A stretch of 64,000 nt of DNA from Utricularia gibba. Lineage: Eukaryota; Plantae; Magnoliophyta. The notes under the pieces are model-generated. The model searched no databases, was not told the origin of the DNA, and worked only from the letters and a program-made list of their open reading frames with translations. The DNA lies in the NCBI GenBank assembly GCA_002189035.1, contig NEEC01000010.1, forward strand, positions 1,116,001 to 1,180,000, in the 5' to 3' direction. The translations under genes and the position numbers were made by a program. Shown piece by piece: positions 28,139 through 43,589 of this stretch; within the stretch, counting starts at the first letter, position 1; each line of letters opens with the position of its first letter.

Positions 28139-29658
28139 ATGGATAAAAGCGGGGTTTTTGCTGCAATTTTACTTGTTCTTTTTGTTTCTGGCACCTGCGA
28201 CGCCTCCGGGCTTCATCGTCTTAGGAAACTAACTGCAGGTCAACAAAAAAATGACTCTGCAGTCCAACAGGTTTGCATGCCCCTTTGCTCGTTTAACGTT
28301 AGGTTGTGAATCTCATTCTGTAACTTCAATTCTAGGTTCCTCCGATTCAAAGTCCGGGTATTGAACACAATGATGCTGCCATGACTGAAGGCAAGTCGGA
28401 CTCTGGGACCAGCAGTGATATAAGTACCGGGAAATTGCCTGATGATTCTTCAGAATCGAAGAAAAACGAGACACTTACTGATGATTCTCGCCCTCTTTCT
28501 CCGACTAGAAACAATAATGATAGTTCCATTAATGAAAATGGAACCAAACCTGCAGCAGAAAGAAGTCCCTCTGATAAGGAAAGCAAAGAAACCTCCAGTT
28601 CAATAGGAAAAATAATGGGTAACGGAGGAGGTTGCAATGTATCCATGATTAGTTGCCAGGATCAAGGGCTGAGTGCTTGCATAGAAACCTTAAGAGACAG
28701 TGGTACTTCATTTACCTCGTGCTATTCTTTTTCGGTTCAAATTGACTGTTTTGCGAGGGTTTTAGCTTTTGATTTGTGAACTTTAGGAATAAACATATTG
28801 AAAAGTAGAACAATGAAATGCAAAGCTTATAGCCTAAAAAACTTTTACTGTTTGTGAGTTTGTTTGCTTAGATGAATAGAAGCTAAAATTTTCCAATTTC
28901 ATTTGCTAGTGTCCAAGAAATTGTTCCTCGTGGTAGATAATCAAAGGGAAAGCACCTTGAAAGTCAAGGTCACTATACCTGATCACATAATAGATGAACT
29001 CCTAGAACTGGAAGTTGCTGCGGGGGACACTGCAAAGGTACTTGAACTTTTTTATTGTCTTGGTACCTTAAGGCTACTGAAAGTTATATGGTGCACATAG
29101 GATGTTCTGTGTGGCTTACGTTGTTGTTTTTGTGTCTTGTGTCATAGGATAAGAAATTTGATTAAGTAGGACTATTCAAAATGTTGGACTAATTTTGCCT
29201 TCATTTGAGCTTGCTTTCAGATGGATGTTTCATCAACAGTAGCTAATAATAAGACGATAGTATTGACATCTGGAGATGCCAAGTGTGTGCTGCATTTGGC
29301 AAGTCCCTATTCTGCGTCGAGTTTGATGCAACAGCTTTCTTTCCGTTACATCCAAGCTACCCCAATATTTGTGGTTTACATTGTTGGTGTCATTGTTCTA
29401 CTACTTGGAGGTATAGTGGCTTTCTGCATGATAAAAAGGAGAAAGAAGCAGAATGAAATTCCTTACCAGGAGCTTGAAATGGGGTTGCCGGTTTCTTCTG
29501 ATAATGCCGCTGAAGGTTGGGATGATGAATGGGACAACGATGATTGGAATGAGTCCAATGCTGTACGATCACCTGTATCACAGAGCCAAGCTCCTGCCAA
29601 CGGCATAACCTCTAGGTCTTCTGCAAAAGAAGGGTGGGACAGTGACTGGGAAGATTAG
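28139..29658 (+). CDS. Uncharacterised type I membrane protein (DUF7356-like)
   Basis: Exons 28139-28270, 28336-28702, 28910-29037, 29221-29658 splice in frame. Signal peptide, Ser/Asp/Glu/Lys-rich stalk, Cys-containing domain, one TM helix (IFVVYIVGVIVLLLGGIVAFCMI), KRRKK stop-transfer, and a tail with YQELEMG, WDDEWDNDDW and GWDSDWED. Confidence 0.8.
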
Positions 29659-30266
29659 CTTTTCATATCAGATGTAAATAAACCAAGAACTTCAAAGCTA
29701 CACACAGTTTCAAGGAAGGGAAGCCTTAATATTATGCTGGTGAGCTCATGGTAGGCCATGACTGAGACTCTTGCAACGTTAGACGGTTTGCACTGCTCAA
29801 TGATACCTAGACATGTGTATTTTTCTTCATTGGTTCTCCAGTAACTACTATTTCAAATGGTAGATTCACATTTTTGCAGCCAGAGTAAAGGATATGTCTT
29901 TCATTTCAAACTTCAAATTCTTGATCATGCCATTCCAAAATCCTTTCATAACTGTATTGAACTAGCATAGTCTGCTTATTTTATACAATTACTCTGATGC
30001 AATTTACACGAGCATGGAATCCATTTGTCTTAACAGGACTTTGATGTAGGTTCTGTGATTGTGGGATGGAAGGATTGAGAATCCCATTTCATGAGTCCCC
30101 TGAGAAGAACAAAACGGTAGTTGGTGCAAAAAAGTGAATCAGGGCGTTTGCTGAAATGCAGGGAATCACCCTTTAAGCCGTAAATAGTGCAGTGCAAAAA
30201 CATTTACACTTTAAGCAAAACAAAAAGCACAAGGAAGACCAGTGGCCTGGAAGATGAGACCAGAAA

Positions 30267-33200
30267 TTAGTCTGCTTCGGCCTTGCTGCCATGAGAACTG
30301 ATCAGCAGAATCCGTAAGACTTCTTCCATGTCGGGTCGGTTGGAGGGGACCTGAGAGGCACAAACCAGCCCAAGTTTGATCGTAGAAACCGCCTCATCGA
30401 TTGAATATTTCCCTTTAAGCTTCGTGTCAATGCATTCATGGAACCTCTCTTCATCAACAGCCTGCCTAACAACATCACACAGCACGATCACATCATCCTC
30501 CATGTACTCCATCGGTTTTTTACCGGAGACTACCTCCAGAATCAATATACCGAACGCATAGATATCACATTTTTCAGTAATTTTGACTGTTTGGCATGCG
30601 AATTCAGGTGCCATGTATCCCAGTGCACTCTGTATCTTGCTGCTCAGAAGGGAATGGTCCAATCCTGGTACTAATCTAGCCAGGCCGAAATCCCCCACCT
30701 TCGGCTCACCGGAGGATTCAAGCAAGACATTCTTTGACTTTATGTTGTAATGGATTACATTGATCTGGTGGAGATGAGAAAGTGCTTTGGCTGCACCAGT
30801 GAGTACCCGGAGTCTCTGTTGCCATGATAAGCAGCTACTGGAATCTGCATCGTGGAGATGTTGATATAAACTTCCACCAGGAACATATTCATTGATCAGC
30901 AACTGTAGAGAAGGAGTCCAGTAGTAGCCTTGAAGGGCCACAAGATTGGGGTGCCTAATTTTCCCAAGCTGCTTCACTTCCTGTTCAAAATATTGCTGGC
31001 TTTTCACCAGGCTTGCGGCATTAAGCTTCTTGATGGCAAGGGGTCCCCCTACCTGAAGCTCCGTCTTGTAAACAGAGCCGAAACCTCCATAACCCAGTTC
31101 ACAGTTCTTGTTGAGAAGCGACTGAGCTCCAGTATCGAATTCAGCTTCACCAGAGAACATGACCAGCTTGCCATAGTTAGCTTCTTGGTCAGGGGATGGA
31201 CTGAATTCATTACCGCCAAAGGAGGTGAAGGAAGCAGGTGATCGCAACAGAGAAGTTCGTGCATGCATATTAAGAACACAGATTAGGACGACACCAAGAG
31301 CAATGAACACAGCTGCCCCAATTGCTATAAGGGAAGAGATACTGAGCACTAGTTGCTTGTGGTTCAAATTTTGAGAAAGAGGCCCATGTCTGGAGGTCGA
31401 TGAATTTGGGTTAAGGACAAGGGGCTTGGGATGAACGGAGGGGCATGAATGCTTTACAATGGATCCACAAAGTGATGGATTACCAGTCACAGATGATGGC
31501 GGCATAGTGTTGAATATCCCACCCACAGGAAGCTCTCCTTCAAGGTGATTAAACGAGATGTTGAACAGGGAAAGCTGGGAAAGATTTGCCAATTCTTTTG
31601 GAAGATTTCCTGAGAAGTTATTGAATGACAGATCCAAGAGCTTGAGGTTGGAGAGGTTTGAGATCTCAACAGGAACAGCACCAGAAAGATTGTTATGAGA
31701 TAGAAGCCTACACATACACAAAACACAATAAACATTAAGCTAACAAGCTAAGCATGAATCAAGAGATCATCTAAAAGCAATTATTCAGTAACTTCACTGT
31801 CAACAGTTCAATCAAGTATTTGGTCCTTTATACAAAATTAAGACTTACAATGAGGTCAGAGAAGAGCAATTCCCAATGGTCACTGGAATTTCTCCATTCA
31901 GTGCATTATTTTCCAGTCTCAGTTCCTGCAGCGCTATCATTTCTCCAATCTCAACTGGAATGCTCCCACGTAATTCATTATGGCTTAGATCAAGAGTGGA
32001 AGCAGATGCAAGTTCACCAATAGTCATTGGGATTGAACCGGATAATGCATTCCTCGATACGTTCAACACCTGAATTCTGCTAAAATTCACAATAGTTGAT
32101 GGAATTCCACCGGAAAATGTATTGGATGACAGGTCTAGAACTTTAAGGCTCTCATAGGAAGGCAACCAAGTTGAAGGAAATGTAATGTTTCCACCAAATC
32201 TGTTCTCAGAAAGACGAAGAGTTTCCAGAGGCAACTTAAAAACCGATGAAGGAAGATTTCCAGCAAGCAAATTTTGACTGGCATCCAAAATCTTAAGATT
32301 CATGAGATTCTCTAAAGCCAAGGGCAAGCTTTCTGCAAATTGATTTCTTGACAGGTTCACTTCTTTCACGGATTGCAAATCACCTATGGCAGTTGAAATC
32401 CTACCAGAAAATCTATTGGATGAAATATCCAAAAACTCCAAACTTCTCAATCCCCCTATCCAATCAGGAAACTCCCCAGTCAAGAAGTTCCCTCTCAGAT
32501 CAAGATATCTACAGAAACCTAGTTTCTTTATTGATTTATGAAGGCCTCCCGTAAAGTAATTTCTACTCAGATCAACAGATCTCAGTTGCAAACATCTTCC
32601 TATATTATTTGGCAGTCGACCCACAAACTTGTTCCTGCTTAAATTAACTGCTTTCAACCTTTGCAAACTTTCGATCCCAGAAACAATCTCACCCTCCAAC
32701 AGATTATCAGATAAATCAAGTGAATGGAGTGAAGTCAAGGACCACAGTTCAGAAGGTAACTGACCTGAGAGACCATTAGAAGAGAAGTTGAGAATCTCCA
32801 AATTGAAACATGAGCTCAAGGAATGAGGTATGGGGCCGCTGAAACTGTTCCTAGCCAGCGAAATTGCTTTTAAGTTTCCACATTGTTGAAATAGCTCTTC
32901 AGGAATCACTCCAGAGAAGCCGTTGTCACTTAAGTCGAGTACTCTTAAGCTATGAATTTGACTGAGGATGGGATTTACGTTCCCTGTAAAGTTGTTTCTA
33001 GATAACTGAAGAACCGTGAGATTCTGCAATCTACCAAGGCTTTTTCCCATGTGCCCAGATAAAGAAAACCCATCAAGAATCAGCTCAGAAACACGACTAG
33101 TATTTTGATCGCATTTCACGCCAACCCAACTGCAAGCGGAGTCATCTTCTTCATTCCAAGAAGCAAGCCGCGAATGAGGATCTGCTAACCCAGCTTTGAA

Positions 33201-33308
33201 GACTATCAGCGCCAATGCGTCGTCATTTAAAGCTGCGCCGGCCGAGTAAACAGCTAGCACTGGAAGCAGAAACACAAGAACACTAACCACGTCTCTAACC
33301 GTCGCCAT
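30267..33308 (-). CDS. IRK: LRR receptor-like kinase, IRK/PXC2-like (LRR-VII), 966 aa
   Basis: Exons 33308-31849 and 31707-30267 (141-nt intron). Signal peptide, LNDDALALIVFKAGL.DP...CSWVGVKC cap, many LRRs, GNPSLCG, TM, YGKLVMFSGE, and a kinase domain with LAIKKL, IHYNIK, DFG and QVPSNRP. IRK versus PXC2 is not resolved. Confidence 0.92.
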
Positions 33309-35503
33309 TTCGAACTGCTTGAAGCATAAACCCACAGAAAAGAAAGAAAAGAGGGAAACTTACGGTACAGGAGGTATGAGGGGGCGTCACAAAGCCATTA
33401 AAAGCAGAAAAGTAAAGAGAATGGCAGCGGGATTTTGAATAAAAGAGAAGGGGTTCATTTAAATACAAAAGGGTGGCACCACATGCATAAGAAAGCCGAA
33501 AAATAAAGACAACCCAGAAGCAGAGCGAGATCCAATCGCCGGAATTCAAGGAAAAGACCGGCAAAAGATTCTAACTGGCAGCAACTGATGCCGAAGTATC
33601 ATAGAAACGAGGACCAATAGAAAGTGTACATGGGAATCGAGGGGTAGGAATGAATTTAAAGAACTTAACAGACGAACCAGAGGAAGTAGTAGGAGCTGAA
33701 GCAGAAGCATTGATGATGGAGGGAGCATTAAAGCGGTGACAGAGAGCGTTGCAAGAGTGGCTTCAATAATCATTGCTGCTTCCTTTTCTTTTCTGGGGCA
33801 ACTGCTAAAATGTTAATCCATTCGCGACAAAATTGAACCTTTTCTTGCTTCGCTCAATCATTTATACTTGAAAAAGCAGGAAACAATGAACTCCGGCATG
33901 GAGTCTTGTCCTCTCCCCCCTACAAGCATGGCGACCAAGCAACCCATCATCATCTCTTTCTTCAAAGAACACGAAAATGAGTTCCAGTAACGTATCCCCT
34001 TGTCCCCGGCTGAACTCTACACTCAAAATATTCTCTTGTTTCTATTTGTTCACTAGAAACAAGATGTTCGTTGAGAACTTCAAACCAGGAGTTTTGTTCT
34101 TTTGTCTACGTCCACTGAATAATGGAAAATCAATTAAAAATTTGAATTCAAATTAATTATAATTCATTAAAATTTGGAAAATTCAATCCATATTCAATTT
34201 ATATTAGATAATTTTAATTCAATCTAACCTATAAACTTATTAAATATTAATAAAGTTGAAAGAGTAGCAAAAATGAAAATTCCTTATTGCACTTAAATAA
34301 ATTTGATGCTCATTTTCATTTTCGTAAATATTAATAATAACATTTTTTTCCATGTCATCAAGTACTGCACTATGAGCACATGCAACAAACATTTATTTAG
34401 ACAATGGTAACTTCCTTTCATTCTCCTATATATTTTATAAACCAAGTTATCATAATACAAACCATATGTTTAACATTAAATTATTTACGTATAATATTGT
34501 ATCTAAGGTTGCATTTGGAGTAAATTTGGATTATTTGAATATAAATTATTCAATAACATTCTAACTCACGTGAATTTATTAGATAAATGTATTTAGATCG
34601 AAATTATCCTAAAAAAATATAAAATATATTTTTCCTTCAAAAATATCAAATTTATAGAAAAAATATAAAATTTATCTAAGGATATGTAGAAATTGAAATA
34701 AAATAGATATAGAACCAATTAAAAGAGTTATAAAAAAACACAAATATAGATAACATAGAGTCAAATATCACTGCTAGATAAATGAATCAACGTTAGATAA
34801 TATTATATATAAAATGTCATTGAATATATTAAAAAATTGTATAAGATAATTACTATTGAAATTTTATACCCAAAGTTATATATATCAAGCTTTTGATTTT
34901 AAAAATTAGTAATAATTTTTTACTTATAAAAAAGATCTATGTAATTAAATCTAAAAAATAATCACAAAAGGACTTGTAATAAGATTTATTTGATATAATA
35001 TACATGTAAAAGGTTAATTACAAATCTAAAAGTGCCTTTTTGATATACATATAAACTTGCAGTTGATGTAATTGAATTGAGAATATACTCATTTCTTTTA
35101 AATGAGTTTATAGAAGATGAATATATTGTAAATAAACTTTTCAGAATTGACATCCCTCAAATATTGGTATAAAAATAGAGTTTTTTTGAAAACTAATCTT
35201 CAAAACATTCTCTTACATATACTAAAATCAAAATTTTACATATATAATGATTATTTTTTACATACGATAACATTAAGATAGTTACTTTTCAAAAATATGA
35301 TGATCTTTCAAAAAAAAAAGTTGAGATGATAGAATAAAGAAGATAGATAGACTTATAATTGATATAATTTACAATAGTTATATTTATAAATAAACCAAAT
35401 AAGGTGTCACAGCGTCAAAACTACGTGCACGATGTTGTCATTACACTATGTGGTAATGGAAACAGCAGAGCAGAGCAGAGACCGGGATTGCTGAAGGTGT
35501 GGG

Positions 35504-38500
35504 TCACGCCACAGGCGCCTCGCTGTTGTTATCCAGTGGCATGTACTGCGACATGATGGCGCGGATCTCCGAGTCCATGTACATCTGCACACAACACCCA
35601 CATTAGTGAGGGGGCAGTGTGTGCGAGTGCCAACTCCACACAAAGAGTTGCGTTCCACTTCGAATCCAAAAGAGAGTAGCAGTTACATAGCTTGTGACCA
35701 TTAGGAAAATCAGTTTCAAGCAATGCAAAAGACCACTTCCGGTCGTCAAGTTCAACAAAAACTCTTGCTTGCTTCATGTTTCCCAGAATATCACAACGCA
35801 TCAGGTCACGAGATGGAAGGCTTACCCGGATTCGGTACTTGTAAAGGCCGTATCCCACAACTCCGGCCAGCATCAAAGACACTACCACCACCCAGAAAAA
35901 GCTCCATGCATTTACCGGCCTACCTTTACCTGTAACTTTCTCAAGATACAAGAGTAAGGAGGTGCAAGATGCTCACAGCTGGTTTTCTTAGTATGACTAA
36001 ACACAATTTTGCTAGCACCTGACAACAAAATCTCTGTATCTGACACTCATTTCCCTCAAAATCAGTCTAAAATGAATCATAGAAAAAGTCAAAACACATC
36101 TTTTTCCTAACCTGGAAATGGTTTTTAAGTCGATGAATTACCCCAGTGAGGATGAAAGGAATTTTTTGTGAGGAAAATGAATTTCGTAATTCTAATATAT
36201 TGTATCCATCACCCTTCTCGAAAGTAAGATGTGCTTACCAATACATGTGTCGTGTTCCTGTATGTACAGTAAGTTATTACTGCAACTGCAGTCATAACCT
36301 CCCCAAGTGTTCTTGCAGTTGCATTCTGGACACTGGCACGCCAGCTTCTCCTTGCATTCGTCGATGTCTGGACAGAAGAAAATCAAGTTATTGAAGCAAG
36401 TTACTCATGAATTCTTGAGTTGACACAGTGCATCTAATGCTTATGCTTACAATCCCATTGACTGAAACTTAGAATTATTCAGGGTTCTCAATGCTATATT
36501 TCATTTTCCAGTGGTAAGATGATTCACATGAGAGTTGATACCTTCACAGTTGTTCACTCCATCACCCTTGAACCCAGGGGGCACTGGCAGCCATTGGTAA
36601 CGGAATTCTGAAAACATTTGTGTCAGTGAACGAGCCAGGGGAGCACACTTTGTTTTTTCCCTTTTGCTAATATTGTGAGTACAAGAATTTCAATGCATTC
36701 CATCTCTTTTAACACAACTGTGGATAATCTGCCAATAAACCTCTCTATGAAACTTGAGAAAAGTAGGATAGTGCTTGCAACTTACATGACATGCAGAAAA
36801 GGTCCATCCACCCTTCGATCCAATCCAACAGCCTCCATTGTTGATTTCACATCTCAATACACCAGAAGCTACAGAAAAAAAAAGAGAGAGAGAACATTTT
36901 AGGATCTAAGAGAAAGGTTGACATATGTCTCATACAGGACTGGTTTTACATGTAGAGTACTGCTTTAATGCCAGTTTTAGCCATCTTACTAAAAAATTCT
37001 CCCATTCTTGACATTGTAACAGTTCGTTGATCGAACTAATTCATAAAAGCAATGGAGAAAACAAAGATCACCTTCACAGTGGGTGTAACCATCACCCACA
37101 AACTTCACACCATGCACAGTAGGACACTCGCACACCCTTCCTCGGAAGGTGTCCTAAAATGTCAATAGCTATAAGATAAAACTCAGTGGCCAAAGGGTAA
37201 CATGAATACAAAGTAAAAGAAATACCCTGCAAGCAGTAACATTATGAGAGGCATCTTGCCAACATCCACCGTTATTTTCCAAGCATTCGTTTGTTTCCAT
37301 GTCTGTACAGGATCAATGGGTAAAAAAGAACATGATGTAGGATCCTCTAATACGTTGTCACAGGGAAGTTGCACACACTTGTACGTATATGCGGCTTGAG
37401 AAAAATAAAAGGTACTCAGATTAAATTTACCACTAGTCAAACATACATCAGGTTCTGTTGACTCTTCGAAACCTGAGCATATAGCCCTGAGAACCGCTCC
37501 CTTGTCCAACTTTCCTGAGCAGATGAATACTGTTTACATCTATTTGTCTAGAAGAGAAGAATTTGATTTGATGAAAGTGTCTACCTCGGTACTGTCTGTT
37601 GTTTATCAGAAGGGTTGGCAACATAGTAACATCACCTCGTGATCCTTTCCCTACCTAAGTATACGAGAACTCCTCGTTCAGAATAGATTGCAGCCTAAAA
37701 GGGAAGCTCCAAGTCCCAAATCATGAATTTCAAAGTCATAGAACCTGTGATTCTTGTTCTTGCTTTAGAACTGGATTATCAGCATCCGCATCAGTGTCGC
37801 CTATGCATTCATCAATCTGCTTAACATCAAAACCTGAAGAAAAGCAAGAGCGAACAAGCATAAATGTCAGTAAAAAAAAAGAATTACATGTGGTGCAGAC
37901 AGAAAAATGGCTCCAAAACCAAATGCAAGCACCTATGGCCTAATAACTGAGGTGGTAAAAAGCATCACATAAGACAGCAACACCAAAATAAAATAACCCA
38001 CCAAGAGACCCAATTATTTCATCCGCACATTCCTTTGTATACTTCTTCTCCTTCATTCGGCATCGGATTGAGAAATCTGTCACATAGTCCCACCACTGCC
38101 AAGGTTTACCACTTTCATTTGCTATCTTAAAAAAGCAGGCTTGACGTAGATTTTGCACCACAACATCCTTCCCATCATATCCTTTATTGAAATCTTGCTC
38201 AGGGTCTGGTGCACAGTACCTTCCATGGTTGATGCACTGTGACTTACATTGTGTACTCAACAGAAATGACTCAGGACAATACCAAGTAATGTAATGAGGA
38301 GTAAACTGGGTGTAGCCCTTCTTCTCAAGTATCTGGGCAGCTCCTCTGAAACTATGGATGAAATCTAACTGGCTTTCGCATTTGGAACCACATTCATCGT
38401 TAGAATTTGTCCAAAATTCATATTCGACCCTCTCATCCGGATGTGGAAGTGATTCCTTCCAATCAAGACCAACATTGACGATTTCCCCATTAGAAAGTGC

Positions 38501-39339
38501 TTTTTTCATTTTGTCCCCAAGTTCCTTGGTTATCAGCACTGAAGGGATAGTAATGTCCTTCACGTAATCAGCCTTTGTATCCTCTTCCTCAGGCGTGTCC
38601 ATGGTAATAAGAAGCTCAAATTTATCATCAGCCACAAGAATGGCTGCAGCTCCGCCATTCTGAGCATTCCATGCCTTTAATGTAAAGTAACATTCTGCCA
38701 GACAATTAATCAACATGATAAGGTTATTACACTCAACAGTAACAAAAGTCCATTCTCATTCAAACAAGGCCATGAATCAAGAACCCACATTTATAGTTGT
38801 TACTAGTAAGTGTTTATTTCTTTTTTTCATCAAGAATCCACATTCCCAAATCCAGTACACAACACCTGCGGGAATAAAACCATCCATTTCTCTAGTAACA
38901 TTGCCATTGAATCATTCACCATGCCTAGTTTGAAATTATATACAATCTATAGTTATGTCAACAGTAGCACCCACGAGATTCTCCATTTTCTGCAAATTAG
39001 CCACCAAAAACAGGGTATGTGAACTAAGAAAGTGACACACTTACCCCCTCGATCAACAAGAAGGAAAATCGGGACCCCGGCACGTTTACCCTTGAAGGAA
39101 AAATTAGCATTTTGAAATTTTTGGCAACCCTTTTGATTTGATTTCGGGTAGTAGACTGACCCAACCATCGTTCCTCCATATTTAGGAACCCCAAAATTTC
39201 CAATTGATGCTTCAAACACGCCACTCACTGACTCTGGAGAAGTCACCTTCAAACTATTCTTCTCCACTACAAACCTTCCGAAACAAGCTCCAAACAGCAT
39301 AAACCATATAACGTTGAACCCTTTAAACCTCCGGCTCAT
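35504..39339 (-). CDS. VSR1: Vacuolar sorting receptor (BP-80/VSR1-like); one apparent -1 frameshift
   Basis: 12 exons: 39339-39045, 38694-38002, 37833-37745, 37654-37585, 37514-37431, 37302-37226, 37153-37072, 36868-36786, 36607-36542, 36367-36239, 35929-35826, 35584-35504. [11 protein letters not shown] domain, [16 protein letters not shown] repeats, TM and tail [17 protein letters not shown]. Exon 9 is 66 nt where phase requires 67. Confidence 0.94.
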
Positions 39340-40543
39340 CTTGTTCACCGCGTTAAACTCCCCTACACAGTAAATGAATGATCGAAAACTAGAAAGCCAC
39401 ACAAGAAAAAAAGATAAACGGGGCCACCTAGCTTAGAGATGCAAGTCAACACTACAACACGACAAGAAAGAGGGATTCCGTGTACCCATAAAGGAGGAGA
39501 TAAATTAGATGATAAAGAAGTCACCCAAATCTTCTGTAGGATTTAAAGCTCTAGATGATGGAGCATGAGCAGAGACAACACCGAAGAACAAGCTAGAACC
39601 AAGAAGACTTTTCTCAGAAAGAAGACATGGGCGTGATTGTCGTTGATCAGAAAATGATCAAACACGTTCAAACCTTCCCGCAGGGACTGAAACTCCAGGA
39701 AAACGGCATGCGTCTTCTTAGAGAAGAAAGTCGTTTCGTGGGGACGAAGTGCAACCGCCGATGGGCCACCATATGATTTACATGTTCACATGATGGCTAC
39801 TTGGTTTAATTTTGTTTAATTATTAATCATTAAAATAAAATGCTGCAATGATTAATTGCTTAATGAGTTGGATTCTGTGCCTTTTGCATGTGGATGAACT
39901 TTTATTTTGGATTTATTTTTATATTTTTTAATATCGATGCGCTACTAATTTTTTATATTGTATGAAAAATATGTAAATATTCAAAAAAACATAATTTTAG
40001 ATTGAATGATAATAAAATCAAAAATATAATAAATTTTTAATTTTCGAGAATTGGTATTGATAACAAATATGACATAAACGTTATAATATTTTACAAATAT
40101 TTTTCGATGTGTATAGCATATTATTTTGAAGCTTGTTCTAAACTAATCATGTTAAACTATGAAAGATGGATCGTCCCATTAGGGCTTGATATTCGAATGA
40201 TGTGCACCAATGGTTTTGAGCTTTTTGGAAAGCTATTGGTTTTATGTTAAACTTCAAAGGACGTCTATAATTACAAATACTATAAAAATATTTTGATATC
40301 TTATAAAATGTCATGATTCTTAATATGCTGAATCTAAAATATTTATTATTGAATATTATGAAAAATAAATTGATAATGTTTTATTTTTTTAAAAAAGTGA
40401 CCATTATTCAAGGATACATAAAAAAAACAAAATAAAATTGATAATTTGAGGGAGAACGAGTATCGGCTGGGCCGCGCGTTGGGCGGGCCCAAGAGCTGAT
40501 AACGGTCTTCACTTCTGCAAATATGGTGTGCCACTCATCATGT

Positions 40544-40553
40544 GCCACGTGGC
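40544..40553. promoter_or_regulatory. Perfect palindromic G-box (GCCACGTGGC) in the VSR/S6K divergent promoter
   Basis: 10-bp palindrome about 70-100 nt upstream of the putative first leader exon of S6K. Site-II-like TGGGCC/GGCCCA elements lie at ~40468-40492. Confidence 0.55.
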
Positions 40554-41215
40554 GTATGCTCTATTCTGCGAGATCGCGGTTAGGAGTTCCTCCGGATGTT
40601 CTAATAAAGATTCCCCCACCATTTTCCTTGACTATTTGCCATCTCTTTCCAAGGTACGCTCGATTTCTCGTATTGCGCTTGCTGCTTCCGATTTCTTGTT
40701 TTGAGGATTTTCAAGTATTTTTAATATCGATGAAGCCTATGAAACTCGCTGATCGTTGCGGGTTTCCGAGGTTATTTAGGGTTTGACGGAAAGTAGGCGT
40801 GAAGAGGTGAATTGGGTCACAGGAGATCACTATCTTTCGCGTGAATGTGTTTCTTTATTTAGTTTTTGTATCTTGTCAACTGGATTGTTAAGATTATGCT
40901 GTTACAAAAGTTGTTCATTTGATTTCATAAAGAGTCGATATTTACTAATTTGTGTTGATTGCAGACCTGAGATCCAGTGATTCATGAATTCTAGAACTAC
41001 AGTCGCATCTAAGGTTTCCTGCAACGTAGGAAACAAGGGAAGTACCTTTGCACAGGGTGTTGTTTGCTTGCTGTCTGCTTACTTTAGAAATCCATCCGTG
41101 CACATTGTTATTTCTTTGGGACTATTGATCTCCTTGTTCTGTTGCAAGTTGGGGGAAGATTCGCATCTGTTGCCGTGACTTAGTGGCACCGTTGACTCTT
41201 CTTTAGCATAAGACC

Positions 41216-43137
<1,922 letters not shown>

Positions 43138-43589
43138 AATGCCACCCATTTATACTCTGTTTCCAATACTTGAAGCTAAGATGGCTTTGCTTCTTGCTTT
43201 CATAATATGAACATCACTATGGTATTCTGCTTCGTATCAAGTTGTTGTGGTACACTTTTCTCATGTGAACCGCAGAAGTGTGTTGTATTATACTCCTCAC
43301 TCTGCTGATGTGGATGGATGTTGCTTTTTTTCGTTTTCTTTTTTTTTTTCAAAAAAAAAAATCAGTTGTGATGGGTGTTGTGGAAATGAAATCATGAGCA
43401 TTTCGATCTATTCTGTGTAGAAGCTGATATCGGTTTGAACCGGGGGTGTGTTGTTGGGTAGCTGAGGGATGTTTGTGTTACTATACACGCGAAATAAAAA
43501 TCTTTTCCTCACAATACATGCATTAGGTGACTCAACCTGAACATCCGAAACCACTCCAGAAAACGCTTTTTTAGTATTGCTTTATGTGG

